Notes under the pieces: generated by a model
Databases searched by the model: none
What the model was told of the DNA's origin: nothing
Seen by the model: the letters and a program-made list of their open reading frames with translations, nothing else
Origin: Eledone cirrhosa
Taxonomy: Eukaryota
Direction of reading: 5' to 3'
Assembly: GCA_964016885.1 (NCBI GenBank)
Contig: OZ024742.1
Span: 162,998,001-163,062,000 of the forward strand
Length of the DNA stretch: 64,000 bases
Position numbers and translations under genes: made by a program
Shown here: positions 1-13,619 of the stretch, in pieces
Layout: every line of letters starts with the position of its first letter
Position numbering within the stretch: position 1 is the stretch's first letter

Positions 1-3000
1 AAATTATCTCCCCCTGATTTTTTTTACAAATTATCTCCGCCTGATTTTTTAAAATATTATCTTCTCTTGGCTGGCGGGAAATTATCTCCCCTTGGACGGC
101 TGAAAATTATCTCCCCTTGGACGGCTGGAAATTATCTCCCCTTGATTTTTTTTACAAATTATCTCCCCCTGATTTTTTTTTACAAATTATCTCCCCCTGA
201 TTTTTTTTTACAAATTATCTCCCCCTGATTTTTTTTTACAAATTATCTCCCCCTGATTTTTTTTACAAATTATCTCCCCCTGATTTTTTTACAAATTATC
301 TCCCCTTAGCTGGCTGGAAATTATCTCCCCTTGGAGGCTGGAATTTATCTCCCCTTGGACGGCTAGAAATTACCTCTCCTTGGACGGCTGGAAAATATGT
401 CCTTGGACGGCTGGATATTATCTACCCTTGGACGGCTGGAAATTATCTCCCCTTGGACGGCTGGAAATTATCTCCCCTTGGACGGCTAGATATTAGCTCC
501 CCTTGGACGGCTGGAAATTATCTACCCCTGATTTTTTTTTACAAATTATCTCCCCCTGATTTTTTTTACAAATTATCTCTCCCTGATTTTTTTTTACAAA
601 TTATCTCCCCCTGATTTTTTTTTACAAATTATCTACCCCTGATTTTTTTTTACAAATTATCTCCCCCTGATTTTTTTTACAAATTATCTCCCCCTGATTT
701 TTTTTACAAATTATCTCCCCCTGATTTTTTTACAAATTATCTCCCCCCGATTTTTTTTACAAATTATCTCCGCCTAATTTTTTTAAATATTATCTTCCCT
801 TGGCTGGCGGGAAATTATCTCCCCTTGGACGGCTGAAAATTATCTCCCCTTGGACGGCTGGAAATTATCTCCCCTTGATTTTTTTACAAATTATCTCCCC
901 CTGATTATTTTTTACAAATTATCTCCCCCTGATTTTTTTTTACAAATTATCTCCCTCTGATTTTTTTTACAAATTATCTCCCCTTGGCTGGCTGGAAATT
1001 ATCTCCCCTTGGAGGCTGGAATTTATCTCCCCTTGGACGGTTAGAAATTACCTCTCCTTGGACTGCTGGAAAATATGTCTCCTTGGACGGCTGGAAATTA
1101 TCTCCCCTGGGACGGCTGGAAATTATCTCCCCTTGGACGGCTGGAAATTATCTCTCCTCGGACGACTAGAAATTACCTCTCCTTGGACAGCTGAAAATTA
1201 TCTCCCCTTGGACGGCTGGAAATTATCTCCCCTTGATTTTTTTTACAAATTATCTCCCCCTGATTTTTTTTTACAAATTATCTCCCCCTGATTTTATTTT
1301 ACAAATTATCTCCCCCTGATTTTTTTTACAAATTATCTCCCCCTGATTTTTTTACAAATTATCTCCCCTTGGCTGGCTGGAAATTATCTCCCCTTGGAGG
1401 CTGGAATTTATCTCCCCTTGGACGGCTAGAAATTACCTCGCCTTGGACGGCTGGAAAATATGTCTCCTTGGACGGCTGGAAATTATCTCCCCTTGGACGG
1501 CTGGAAATTATCTCCCCTTGGACGGCTGGAAATTATCTCCCCTTGGACGGCTAGATATTACCTCCCCTTGGACGGCTGGAAATTATCTCCCCTTGGTTTT
1601 TTTACAAATTATCTCCCCCTGATTTTTTTTTACAAATTATCTCCCCCTGATTTTTTTTTACAAATTATCTCCCCCTGATTTTTTTTTACAAATTATCTCA
1701 CCCTGATTTTTTTTACAAATTATATCCCCCTGATTTTTTTACAAATTATCTCCCCTTGGCTGGCTGGAAATTATCTCCCCTTGGAGGCTGGAATTTATCT
1801 CCCCTTGGACGGCTAGAAATTACCTCTCCTTGGACGGCTGGAAAATATGTCTCCTTGGACGGCTGGATATTATCTACCCTTGGACGGCTGGAAATTATAT
1901 CCCCTTGGACGGCTGGAAATTATCTCCCCTTGGACGGCTGGAAATTATCTCCCCTTGGACGGCTGGAAATTATCTCCCCTTGGACGGCTAGATATTACCT
2001 CCCCTTGGACGGCTGGAAATTATCTCCCCTTGATTTTTTTTACAAATTATCTCCCCCTGATTTTTTTTTACAAATTATCTCCCCCTGATTTTTTTTTACG
2101 AATCATCTCCCCCTGATTTTTTTTTAGAAATTATCTCCGCCTGATTTTTTTTTTAAAATTATCTCCCCTTGGACGGCTAGAAATTACCTCTCCTTGGACG
2201 GCTGAAAATTATCTCCCCTTGGACGGCTGCAAATTATCTCCCCTTGATTTTTTAACAAATTATCTCCCCCTGATTTTTTTTTACAAATTATCTCCCCCTG
2301 ATTTTTTTTTACAAATTATCTCCCCCTGATTTTTTTTTACAAATTATCTCCCCCTGATTTTTTTTTACAAATTATCTCACCCTGATTTTTTTTACAAATT
2401 ATCTCCCCCTGATTTTTTTACAAATTATCTCCCCTTGGCTGGCTGGAAATTATCTCCCCTTGGAGGCTGGAATTTATCTCCCCTTGGACGGCTAGAAATT
2501 ACCTCTCCTTGGACGGCTGGAAAATATGTCTCCTTGGACGGCTGGATATTATCTACCCTTGGACGGCTGGAAATTATATCCCCTTGGACGGCTGGAAATT
2601 ATCTCCCCTTGGACGGCTGGAAATTATCTCCCCTTGGACGGCTGGAAATTATCTCCCCTTGGACGGCTAGATATTACCTCCCCTTGGACGGCTGGAAATT
2701 ATCTCCCCTTGATTTTTTTTACAAATTATCTCCCCCTGATTTTTTTTTACAAATTATCTCCCCCTGATTTTTTTTTACGAATCATCTCCCCCTGATTTTT
2801 TTTTAGAAATTATCTCCGCCTGATTTTTTTTTTAAAATTATCTCCCCTTGGACGGCTAGAAATTACCTCTCCTTGGACGGCTGAAAATTATCTCCCCTTG
2901 GACGGCTGCAAATTATCTCCCCTTGATTTTTTAACAAATTATCTCCCCCTGATTTTTTTTTACAAATTATCTCCCCCTGATTTTTTTTTACAAATTATCT

Positions 3001-4830
3001 ACGCCTAATTTTTTTTACAAATTATCTCCCCCTGATTTTTTTTTACAAATTATCTCCCCCTGATTTTTTTTACAAATTATCTCCCCCTGATTTTTTTTTA
3101 CAAATTATCCCCCTGATTTTTTTACAAATTATCTCCCCTCTGATTTTTTTTACAATCTCCGCCTGATTTTTTAAAAAATTATCTTCCCTTGGCTGGCGGG
3201 AAATTATCTCCCCTTGGACGGCTGGAAATTATATCCCCTTGGACGGCTGGAAATTACCTCCCCTTGGACAGCTGGAAATTATCTGCCCTTGATTTTGTTT
3301 TTACAAATTATCTCCCCCTGATTTTTTTTACAAATTATCTCCACCTGATTTTTTAAAAAATTATCTCCCTTTGGACGGCTGGAAATTATCTCCCGTTGAT
3401 TTTTTTACAAATTATCTCCCCCTGATTTTTTTTACAAATTATCTCCCCCTGATTTTTTTTTTACAAATTATCTCCCCCTGATTTTTTTACAAATTATCTC
3501 CCCCTGATTTTTTTTACAAATTATCTCCGCCTGATTTTTTTAAATATTATCTTCTCTTGGCTGGCGGGAAATTATCTCCCCTTGGACGGCTGAAAATTAT
3601 CTCCCCTTGGACGGCTGGAAATTATCTCCCCTTGATTTTTTTTACAAATTATCTCCCCCTGATTTTTTTTTACAAATTATCTCCCCCTGATTTTTTTTTA
3701 CAAATTATCTCCCCCTGATTTTTTTTTACAAATTATCTCACCCTGATTTTTTTACAAATTATCTCCCCCTGATTTTTTTACAAATTATCTCCCCTTAGCT
3801 GGCTGGAAATTATCTCCCCTTGGAGGCTGGAATTTATCTCCCCTTGGACGGCTAGAAATTACCTCTCCTTGGACGGCTGGAAAATATGTCCTTGGACGGC
3901 TGGATATTATCTACCCTTGGACGGCTGGAAATTATCTCCCCTTGGACGGCTGGAAATTATCTCCCCTTGGACGGCTAGATATTAGCTCCCCTTGGACGGC
4001 TGGAAATTATCTCCCCTTGATTTTTTTTACAAATTATCTCCCCCTGATTTTTTTTTACAAATTATCACCCCCTGATTTTTTTTTACAAATTATCTACCCC
4101 TGATTTTTTTTTACAAATTATCTCCCCCTGATTTTTTTTACAAATTATCTCTCCCTGATTTTTTTTTACAAATTATCTCCCCCTGATTTTTTTTTACAAA
4201 TTATCTACCCCTGATTTTTTTTTACAAATTATCTCCCCCTAATTTTTTTTACAAATTATCTCCCCCTGATTTTTTTTACAAATTATCTCCCCCTGATTTT
4301 TTTACAAATTATCTCCCCCCGATTTTTTTTACAAATTATCTCCGCCTAATTTTTTTAAATATTATCTTCCCTTGGCTGGCGGGAAATTATCTCCCCTTGG
4401 ACGGCTGAAAATTATCTCCCCTTGGACGGCTGGAAATTATCTCCCCTTGATTTTTTTACAAATTATCTCCCCCTGATTATTTTTTACAAATTATCTCCCC
4501 CTGATTTTTTTTTACAAATTATCTCCCTCTGATTTTTTTTACAAATTATCTCCCCTTGGCTGGCTGGAAATTATCTCCCCTTGGAGGCTGGAATTTATCT
4601 CCCCTTGGACGGTTAGAAATTACCTCTCCTTGGACTGCTGGAAAATATGTCTCCTTGGACGGCTGGAAATTATCTCCCCTTGGACGGCTGGAAATTATCT
4701 CCCCTTGGACAGCTGGAAATTATCTCTCCTCGGACGACTAGAAATTACCTCTCCTTGGACAGCTGAAAATTATCTCCCCTTGGACGGCTGGAAATTATCT
4801 CCCCTTGATTTTTTTTACAAATTATCTCCC
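1..4830. repeat. ~3.5-kb-offset duplication (~1-1270 repeated at ~3490-4830)
   Basis: TTAGCTGGCTGG at 306 and 3795; GATATTAGCTCCCC seen only at ~489 and ~3978; twins 984/4556. Confidence 0.75.
1612..3000. repeat. 679-bp tandem duplication within the array
   Basis: ORF-track twins 1756/2435 and 1847/2526 (offset 679). The variants ACGAATCATCTCC (~2098, ~2777) and TTAGAAATTATCTCCGCC were seen only in these two copies. Confidence 0.9.
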
Positions 4831-6359
4831 CCTGATTTTTTTTACAAATTATCTCCCCCTAATTTTTTTTTACAAATTATCTCCCCCTGATTTTTTTTAC
4901 AAATTATCTCCCCCTGATATTTTTTACAAATTATCTCCCCCTGATTTTTTTACAAATTATCTCCCCTTGGCTGGCTGGAAATTATCTCCCCTTGGAGGCT
5001 GGAATTTATCTCCCCTTGGACGGCTAGAAATTACCTCGCCTTGGACGGCTGGAAAATATGTCTCCTTGGACGGCTGGAAATTATCTCCCCTTGGACGGCT
5101 GGAAATTATCTCCCCTTGGACGGCTGGAAATTATCTCCCCTTGGACGGCTAGATATTACCTCCCCTTGGACGGCTGGAAATTATCTCCCCTTGATTTTTT
5201 TTACAATTTATCTCCCCCTGATTTTTTTTTACAAATTATCTCCCCCTGATTTTTTTTTACGAATTATCTCACCCTGATTTTTTTTTACAAATTATCTCCG
5301 CCTGATTTTTTTTTAAAAATTATCTCCCCTTGAACGGCTGGAAATTATCTCCCCTTGGACGGCTGGAAATTATCTCCCCTTGGACGGCTAGAAATTACCT
5401 CTCCTTGGACGGCTGAAAATTATCTCCCCTTGGACGGCTGCAAATTATCTCCCCTTGATTTTTTAACAAATTATCTCCCCCTGATTTTTTTTTACAAATT
5501 ATCTCCCCCTGATTTTTTTTTACAAATTATCTACGCCTAATTTTTTTTACTAATTATCTCCCCCTGATTTTTTTTACAAATTATCTCCCCCTGATTTTTT
5601 TACAAATTATCTCCACCCTGATTTTTTTTACAATCTCCGCCTGATTTTTTAAAAAATTATCTTCCCTTGGCTGGCGGGAAATTATCTCCCCTTGGACGGC
5701 TGGAAATTATATCCCCTTGGAAGGATGGAAATTATCTCCCCTTGGACGGCTGGAAATTATCTCCCCTTGGACGGCTGGAAATTATCTCCCCTTGGACAGC
5801 TGGAAATTATCTGCCCTTGATTTTGTTTTTACAAATTATCTACCCCTGATTTTTTTTACAAATTATCTCCACCTGATTTTTAAAAAAATTATCTTCCCTT
5901 GGACGGCTGGAAATTATCTCCCCTTGGACGGCTGAAAATTATCTCCCCTTGGACGGCTGGAAATTATCTCCCCTTGATTTTTTTTACAAATTATCTCCCC
6001 CTGATTTTTTTTTACAAATTATCTCCCCCTGATTTTTTTTTACAAATTTTCTCCCCCTGATTTTTTTTTACAAATTATCTCACCCTGATTTTTTTTACAA
6101 ATTATCTCCCCCTGATTTTTTTACAAATTATCTCCCCTTGGCTGGCTGGAAATTATCTCCCCTTGGAGGCTGGAATTTATCTCCCCTTGGACGGCTAGAA
6201 ATTACCTCTCCTTGGACGGCTGGAAAATATGTCTCCTTGGACGGCTGGATATTATCTACCCTTGGACGGCTGGAAATTATCTCCCCTTGGACGGCTGGAA
6301 ATTATCTCCCCTTGGACGGCTAGATATTACCTCCCCTTGGACGGCTGGAAATTATCTCC

Positions 6360-9300
6360 CCCTGATTTTTTTACAAATTATCTCCCCCTGATTTTTTTTA
6401 CAAATTATCTCCGCCTAATTTTTTTAAATATTATCTTCCCTTGGCTGGCGGGAAATTATCTCCCCTTGGACGTCTGAAAATTATCTCCCCTTGGACGGCT
6501 GGAAATTATCTCCCCTTGATTTTTTTTTACAAATTATCTCCCCCTGATTTTTTTTTACAAATTATCTCCCCCTGATTTTTTTTACAAATTATCTCCACCT
6601 GATTTTTTAAAAAATTATCTCCCCTTGGACGGCTGGAAATTATCTCCCCTTGATTTTTTTACAAATTATCTCCCCCTGATTTTTTTTACAAATTATCTCC
6701 CCCTGATTTTTTTTTACGAATTATCTCCCCCTGATTTTTTTTTATAAATTATCTCCGCCTGATTTTTTTTTAAAAATTATCTCCCCTTGAACGGCTGGAA
6801 ATTATCTCCCCTTGGACGGCTGGAAATTATCTCCCCTTGGACGGCTAGAAATTACCTCTCCTTGGACGGCTGAAAATTATCTCCCCTTGGACGGCTGCAA
6901 ATTATCTCCCCTTGATTTTTTAACAAATTATCTCCCCCTGATTTTTTTTTACAAATTATCTCCCCCTGATTTTTTTTTACAAATTATCTACGCCTAATTT
7001 TTTTTACAAATTATCTCCCCCTGATTTTTTTTTACAAATTATCTCCCCCTGATTTTTTTTACAAATTATCTCCCCCTGATTTTTTTTTACAAATTATTTC
7101 CCCCTGATTTTTTTATAAATTATCTCCCCCCTGATTTTTTTTACAATCTCCGCCTGATTTTTTAAAAAATTATCTTCCCTTGGCTGGCGGGAAATTATCT
7201 CCCCTTGGACGGCTGGAAATTATATCCCCTTGGACGGCTGGAAATTACCTCCCCTTGGACAGCTGGAAATTATCTGCCCTTGATTTTGTTTTTACAAATT
7301 ATCTCCCCCTGATTTTTTTTACAAATTATCTCCACCTGATTTTTTAAAAAATTATCTCCCCTTGGACGGCTGGAAATTATCTCCCCTTGATTTTTTTACA
7401 AATTATCTCCCCCTGATTTTTTTTACAAATTATCTCCCCCTGATTTTTTTTTTACAAATTATCTCCCCCTGATTTTTTTACAAATTATCTCCCCCTGATT
7501 TTTTTTATAAATTATCTCCGCCTGATTTTTTTAAATATTATCTTCCCTTGGCTGGCGGGAAATTATCTCCCCTTGGACGGCTGAAAATTATCTCCCCTTG
7601 GACGGCTGGAAATTATCTCCCCTTGATTTTTTTTACAAATTATCTCCCCCTGATTTTTTTTTACAAATTATCTCCCCCTGATTTTTTTTTACAAATTATC
7701 TCCCCCTGATTTTTTTTTACAAATTATCTGCCCCTGATTTTTTTTACAAATTATCTCCCCCTGATTTTTTTACAAATTATCTCCCCTTGGCTGGCTGGAA
7801 ATTATCTCCCCTTGGAGGCTGGAATTTATCTCCCCTTGGACGGCTAGAAATTACCTCGCCTTGGACGGCTGGAAAATATTTCTCCTTGGACGGCTGGATA
7901 TTATCTACCCTTGGACGGGTGGAAATTATCTCCCCTTGGACGGCTGGAAATTATCTCCCCTTGGACGGCTAGATATTACCTCCCCTTGGACGGCTGGAAA
8001 TTATCTCCCCTTGATTTTTTTTACAAATTATCTCCCCCTGATTTTTTTTTTACAAATTATCTCCCCCTGATTTTTTTACAAATTATCTCCCCCTGATTTT
8101 TTTTACAAATTATCTCCGCCTGATTTTTTTAAATATTATCTTCTCTTGGCTGGCGGGAAATTATCTCCCCTTGGACGGCTGAAAATTATCTCCCCTTGGA
8201 CGGCTGGAAATTATCTCCCCTTGATTTTTTTTACAAATTATCTCCCCCTGATTTTTTTTTACAAATTATCTCCCCCTGATTTTTTTTTACAAATTATCTC
8301 CCCCTGATTTTTTTTTACAAATTATCTCCCCCTGATTTTTTTTTACAAATTATCTCCCCTTGATTTTTTTACAAATTATCTCCCCTTAGCTGGCTGGAAA
8401 TTATCTCCCCTTGGAGGCTGGAATTTAGCTCCCCTTGGACGGCTAGAAATTACCTCTCCTTGGACGGCTGGAAAATATGTCCTTGGACGGCTGGATATTA
8501 TCTACCCTTGGACGGCTGGAAATTATCTCCCTTTGGACGGCTGGAAATTATCTCCCCTTGGACGGCTAGATATTACCTCCCCTTGGACGGCTGGAAATTA
8601 TCTCCCCTTGATTTTTTTACAAATTATCTCCCCCTGATTTTTTTACAAATTATCTCCCCCTGATTTTTTTTACAAATTATCTCCGCCTAATTTTTTTAAA
8701 TATTATCTTCCCTTGGCTGGCGGGAAATTATCTCCCCTTGGACGGCTGAAAATTATCTCCCCTTGGACGGCTGGAAATTATCTCCCCTTGATTTTTTTTT
8801 ACAAATTATCTCCCCCTGATTTTTTTTTACAAATTATCTCCCCCTGATTTTTTTTACAAATTATCTCCACCTGATTTTTTAAAAAATTATCTCCCCTTGG
8901 ACGGCTGGAAATTATCTCCCCTTGATTTTTTTACAAATTATCTCCCCCTGATTTTTTTTACAAATTATCTCCCCCTGATTTTTTTTTACGAATTATCTCC
9001 CCCTGATTTTTTTTTATAAATTATCTCCGCCTGATTTTTTTTTAAAAATTATCTCCCCTTGAACGGCTGGAAATTATCTCCCCTTGGACGGCTGGAAATT
9101 ATCTCCCCTTGGACGGCTAGAAATTACCTCTCCTTGGACGGCTGAAAATTATCTCCCCTTGGACGGCTGCAAATTATCTCCCCTTGATTTTTTAACAAAT
9201 TATCTCCCCCTGATTTTTTTTTACAAATTATCTCCCCCTGATTTTTTTTTACAAATTATCTACGCCTAATTTTTTTTACAAATTATCTCCCCCTGATTTT

Positions 9301-10670
9301 TTTTTACAAATTATCTCCCCCTGATTTTTTTTACAAATTATCTCCCCCTGATTTTTTTTTACAAATTATTTCCCCCTTATTTTTTTACAAATTATCTCCC
9401 CCCTGATTTTTTTTACAATCTCCGCCTGATTTTTTTAAAAATTATCTTCCCTTGGCTGGCGGGAAATTATCTCCCCTTGGACGGCTGGAAATTATATCCC
9501 CTTGGACGGCTGGAAATTACCTCCCCTTGGACAGCTGGAAATTATCTGCCCTTGATTTTGTTTTTACAAATTATCTCCCCCTGATTTTTTTTTATATTAT
9601 CTTCCCTTGGCTGGCGGGAAATTATCTCCCCTTGGACGGCTGAAAATTATCTCCCCTTGGACGGCTGGAAATTATCTCCCCTTGATTTTTTTTACAAATT
9701 ATCTCCCCCTGATTTTTTTTTACAAATTATCTCCCCCTGATTTTTTTTTACAAATTATCTCCCCCTGATTTTTTTTTACAAATTATCTGCCCCTGATTTT
9801 TTTTACAAATTATCTCCCCCTGATTTTTTTACAAATTATCTCCCCTTGGCTGGCTGGAAATTATCTCCCCTTGGAGGCTGGAATTTATCTCCCCTTGGAG
9901 GGCTAGAAATTACCTCGCCTTGGACGGCTGGAAAATATTTCTCCTTGGACGGCTGGATATTATCTACCCTTGGACGGGTGGAAATTATCTCCCCTTGGAC
10001 GGCTGGAAATTATCTCCCCTTGGACGGCTAGATATTACCTCCCCTTGGACGGCTGGAAATTATCTCCCCTTGATTTTTTTTACAAATTATCTCCCCCTGA
10101 TTTTTTTTTTACAAATTATCTCCCCCTGATTTTTTTACAAATTATCTCCCCCTGATTTTTTTTACAAATTATCTCCGCCTGATTTTTTTAAATATTATCT
10201 TCTCTTGGCTGGCGGGAAATTATCTCCCCTTGGACGGCTGAAAATTATCTCCCCTTGGACGGCTGGAAATTATCTCCCCTTGATTTTTTTTACAAATTAT
10301 CTCCCCCTGATTTTTTTTTACAAATTATCTCCCCCTGATTTTTTTTTACAAATTATCTCCCCCTGATTTTTTTTTACAAATTATCTCCCCCTGATTTTTT
10401 TTTACAAATTATCTCCCCTTGATTTTTTTACAAATTATCTCCCCTTAGCTGGCTGGAAATTATCTCCCCTTGGAGGCTGGAATTTATCTCCCCTTGGACG
10501 GCTAGAAATTACCTCTCCTTGGACGGCTGGAAAATATGTCCTTGGACGGCTGGATATTATCTACCCTTGGACGGCTGGAAATTATCTCCCCTTGGACGGC
10601 TGGAAATTATCTCTCCTTGGACGGCTAGATATTACCTCCCCTTGGACGGCTGGAAATTATCTCCCCTTGA
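6360..10670. repeat. ~2.1-2.3-kb tandem duplication with an internal ~213-bp deletion in the second copy
   Basis: Twins 6812/9084 (offset 2272), then 7787/9846, 7861/9920 and 8460/10519 (offset 2059). Hybrid junction CTGATTTTTTTTTATATTATCTTCCC at ~9581-9606. Confidence 0.8.
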
Positions 10671-10990
10671 TTTTTTTTACAAATTATCTCCCCCTGATTT
10701 TTTTTTACAAATTATCTCCCCCTGATTTTTTTTTACAAATTATCTACCCCTGATTTTTTTTTACAAATTATCTCCCCCTGATTTTTTTTACAAATTATCT
10801 CTCCCTGATTTTTTTTTACAAATTATCTCCCCCTGATTTTTTTTTACAAATTATCTACCCCTGATTTTTTTTTACAAATTATCTCCCCCTGATTTTTTTT
10901 ACAAATTATTTCCCCCTGATTTTTTTTACAAATTATCTCCCCCTGATTTTTTTACAAATTATCTCCCCCCGATTTTTTTTACAAATTATC

Positions 10991-13085
10991 TCCGCCTAAT
11001 TTTTTTAAATATTATCTTCCCTTGGCTGGCGGGAAATTATCTCCCCTTGGACGGCTGAAAATTATCTCCCCTTGGACGGCTGGAAATTATCTCCCCTTGA
11101 TTTTTTTACAAATTATCTCCCCCTGATTATTTTTTACAAATTATCTCCCCCTGATTTTTTTTTACAAATTATCTCCCCCTGATTTTTTTACAAATTATCT
11201 CCCCTTGGCTGGCTGGAAATTATCTCCCCTTGGAGGCTGGAATTTATCTCCCCTTGGACGGTTAGAAATTACCTCTCCTTGGACTGCTGGAAAATATGTC
11301 TCCTTGGACGGCTGGAAATTATCTCCCCTGCGACGGCTGGAAATTATCTCCCCTTGGACGGCTGGAAATTATCTCTCCTCGGACGACTAGAAATTACCTC
11401 TCCTTGGACAGCTGAAAATTATCTCCCCTTGGACGGCTGGAAATTATCTCCCCTTGATTTTTTTTACAAATTATCTCCCTCTGATTTTTTTTTACAAATT
11501 ATCTCCCCCTGATTTTATTTTACAAATTATCTCCCCCTGATTTTTTTTACAAATTATCTGCCCCTGATATTTTTTACAAATTATCTCCCCCTGATTTTTT
11601 TACAAATTATCTCCCCTTGGCTGGCTGGAAATTATCTCCCCTTGGAGGCTGGAATTTATCTCCGCTTGGACGGCTAGAAATTACCTCGCCTTGGACGGCT
11701 GGAAAATATGTCTCCTTGGACGGCTGGAAATTATCTCCCCTTGGACGGCTGGAAATTATCTCCCCTTGGACGGCTAGATATTACCTCCCCTTGGACGGCT
11801 GGAAATTATCTCCCCTTGATTTTTTTTACAAATTATCTCCGCCTGATTTTTTTTTACAAATTATCTCCCCCTGATTTTTTTTACAAATTATCTCCCCCTG
11901 ATTTTTTTACAAATTATCTCCCCCCGATTTTTTTTACAAATTATATCCGCCTAATTTTTTTAAATATTATCTTCCCTTGGCTGGCGGGAAATTATCTCCC
12001 CTTGGACGGCTGAAAATTATCTCCCCTTGGACGGCTGGAAATTATCTCCCCTTGATTTTTTTACAAATTATCTCCCCCTGATTATTTTTTACAAATTATC
12101 TCCCCCTGATTTTTTTTTACAAATTATCTCCCCCTGATTTTTTTACAAATTATCTCCCCTTGGCTGGCTGGAAATTATCTCCCCTTGGAGGCTGGAATTT
12201 ATCTCCCCTTGGACGGTTAGAAATTACCTCTCCTTGGACTGCTGGAAAATATGTCTCCTTGGACGGCTGGAAATTATCTCCCCTGCGACGGCTGGAAATT
12301 ATCTCCCCTTGGACGGCTGGAAATTATCTCTCCTCGGACGACTAGAAATTACCTCTCCTTGGACAGCTGAAAATTATCTCCCCTTGGACGGCTGGAAATT
12401 ATCTCCCCTTGATTTTTTTTACAAATTATCTCCCTCTGATTTTTTTTTACAAATTATCTCCCCCTGATTTTATTTTACAAATTATCTCCCCCTGATTTTT
12501 TTTACAAATTATCTGCCCCTGATATTTTTTACAAATTATCTCCCCCTGATTTTTTTACAAATTATCTCCCCTTGGCTGGCTGGAAATTATCTCCCCTTGG
12601 AGGCTGGAATTTATCTCCGCTTGGACGGCTAGAAATTACCTCGCCTTGGACGGCTGGAAAATATGTCTCCTTGGACGGCTGGAAATTATCTCCCCTTGGA
12701 CGGCTGGAAATTATCTCCCCTTGGACGGCTAGATATTACCTCCCCTTGGACGGCTGGAAATTATCTCCCCTTGATTTTTTTTACAAATTATCTCCGCCTG
12801 ATTTTTTTTTACAAATTATCTCCCCCTGATTTTTTTTACAAATTATCTCCCCCTGATTTTTTTACAAATTATCTCCCCCCGATTTTTTTTACAAATTATA
12901 TCCGCCTAATTTTTTTAAATATTATCTTCCCTTGGCTGGCGGGAAATTATCTCCCCTTGGACGGCTGAAAATTATCTCCCCTTGGACGGCTGGAAATTAT
13001 CTCCCCTTGATTTTTTTACAAATTATCTCCCCCTGATTATTTTTTACAAATTATCTCCCCCTGATTTTTTTTTACAAATTATCTC
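10991..13085. repeat. 955-bp tandem duplication within the array
   Basis: Twins 11205/12160, 11279/12234, 11617/12572 and 11708/12663 (offset 955). The variant TTTATCTCCGCTTGGAC is shared at ~11656 and ~12611. Confidence 0.9.
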
Positions 13086-13619
13086 CCTCTGATTTTTTTT
13101 ACAAATTATCTCCCCTTGGCTGGCTGGAAATTATCTCCCCTTGGAGGCTGGAATTTATCTCCCCTTGGACGGTTAGAAATTACCTCTCCTTGGACTGCTG
13201 GAAAATATGTCTCCTTGGACGGCTGGAAATTATCTCCCCTTGGACGGCTGGAAATTATCTCCCCTTGGACGGCTGGAAATTATCTCTCCTCGGACGACTA
13301 GAAATTACCTCTCCTTGGACAGCTGAAAATTATCTCCCCTTGGACGGCTGGAAATTATCTCCCCTTGATTTTTTTTACAAATTATCTCCCCCTGATTTTT
13401 TTTACAAATTATCTCCCCCTGATTTTTTTTTACAAATTATCTCCCCCTGATATTTTTTACAAATTATCTCCCCCTGATATTTTTTACAAATTATCTCCCC
13501 CTGATTTTTTTACAAATTATCTCCCCTTGGCTGGCTGGAAATGATCTCCCCTTGGAGGCTGGAATTTATCTCCCCTTGGACGGCTAGAAATTACCTCCCC
13601 TTGGACGGCTGGAAATTAT

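Noticed and set aside
68-80. GCTGGCGG as a Chi-like (GCTGGTGG) recombination signal
   Set aside because: It is a 7/8 match that arises simply as a variant of the A linker. I saw no exact Chi site and there is no evidence for an enterobacterial host.
130-300. G-quadruplex or i-motif from C4-C5 runs
   Set aside because: The runs are separated by loops of about 21-23 nt, far beyond canonical loop lengths, so there is no support without biophysical data.
130-300. Poly-T tracts as intrinsic terminators or retroposon tails
   Set aside because: There is no GC-rich hairpin upstream, no gene and no target-site duplication. The tracts are integral to the B monomer.
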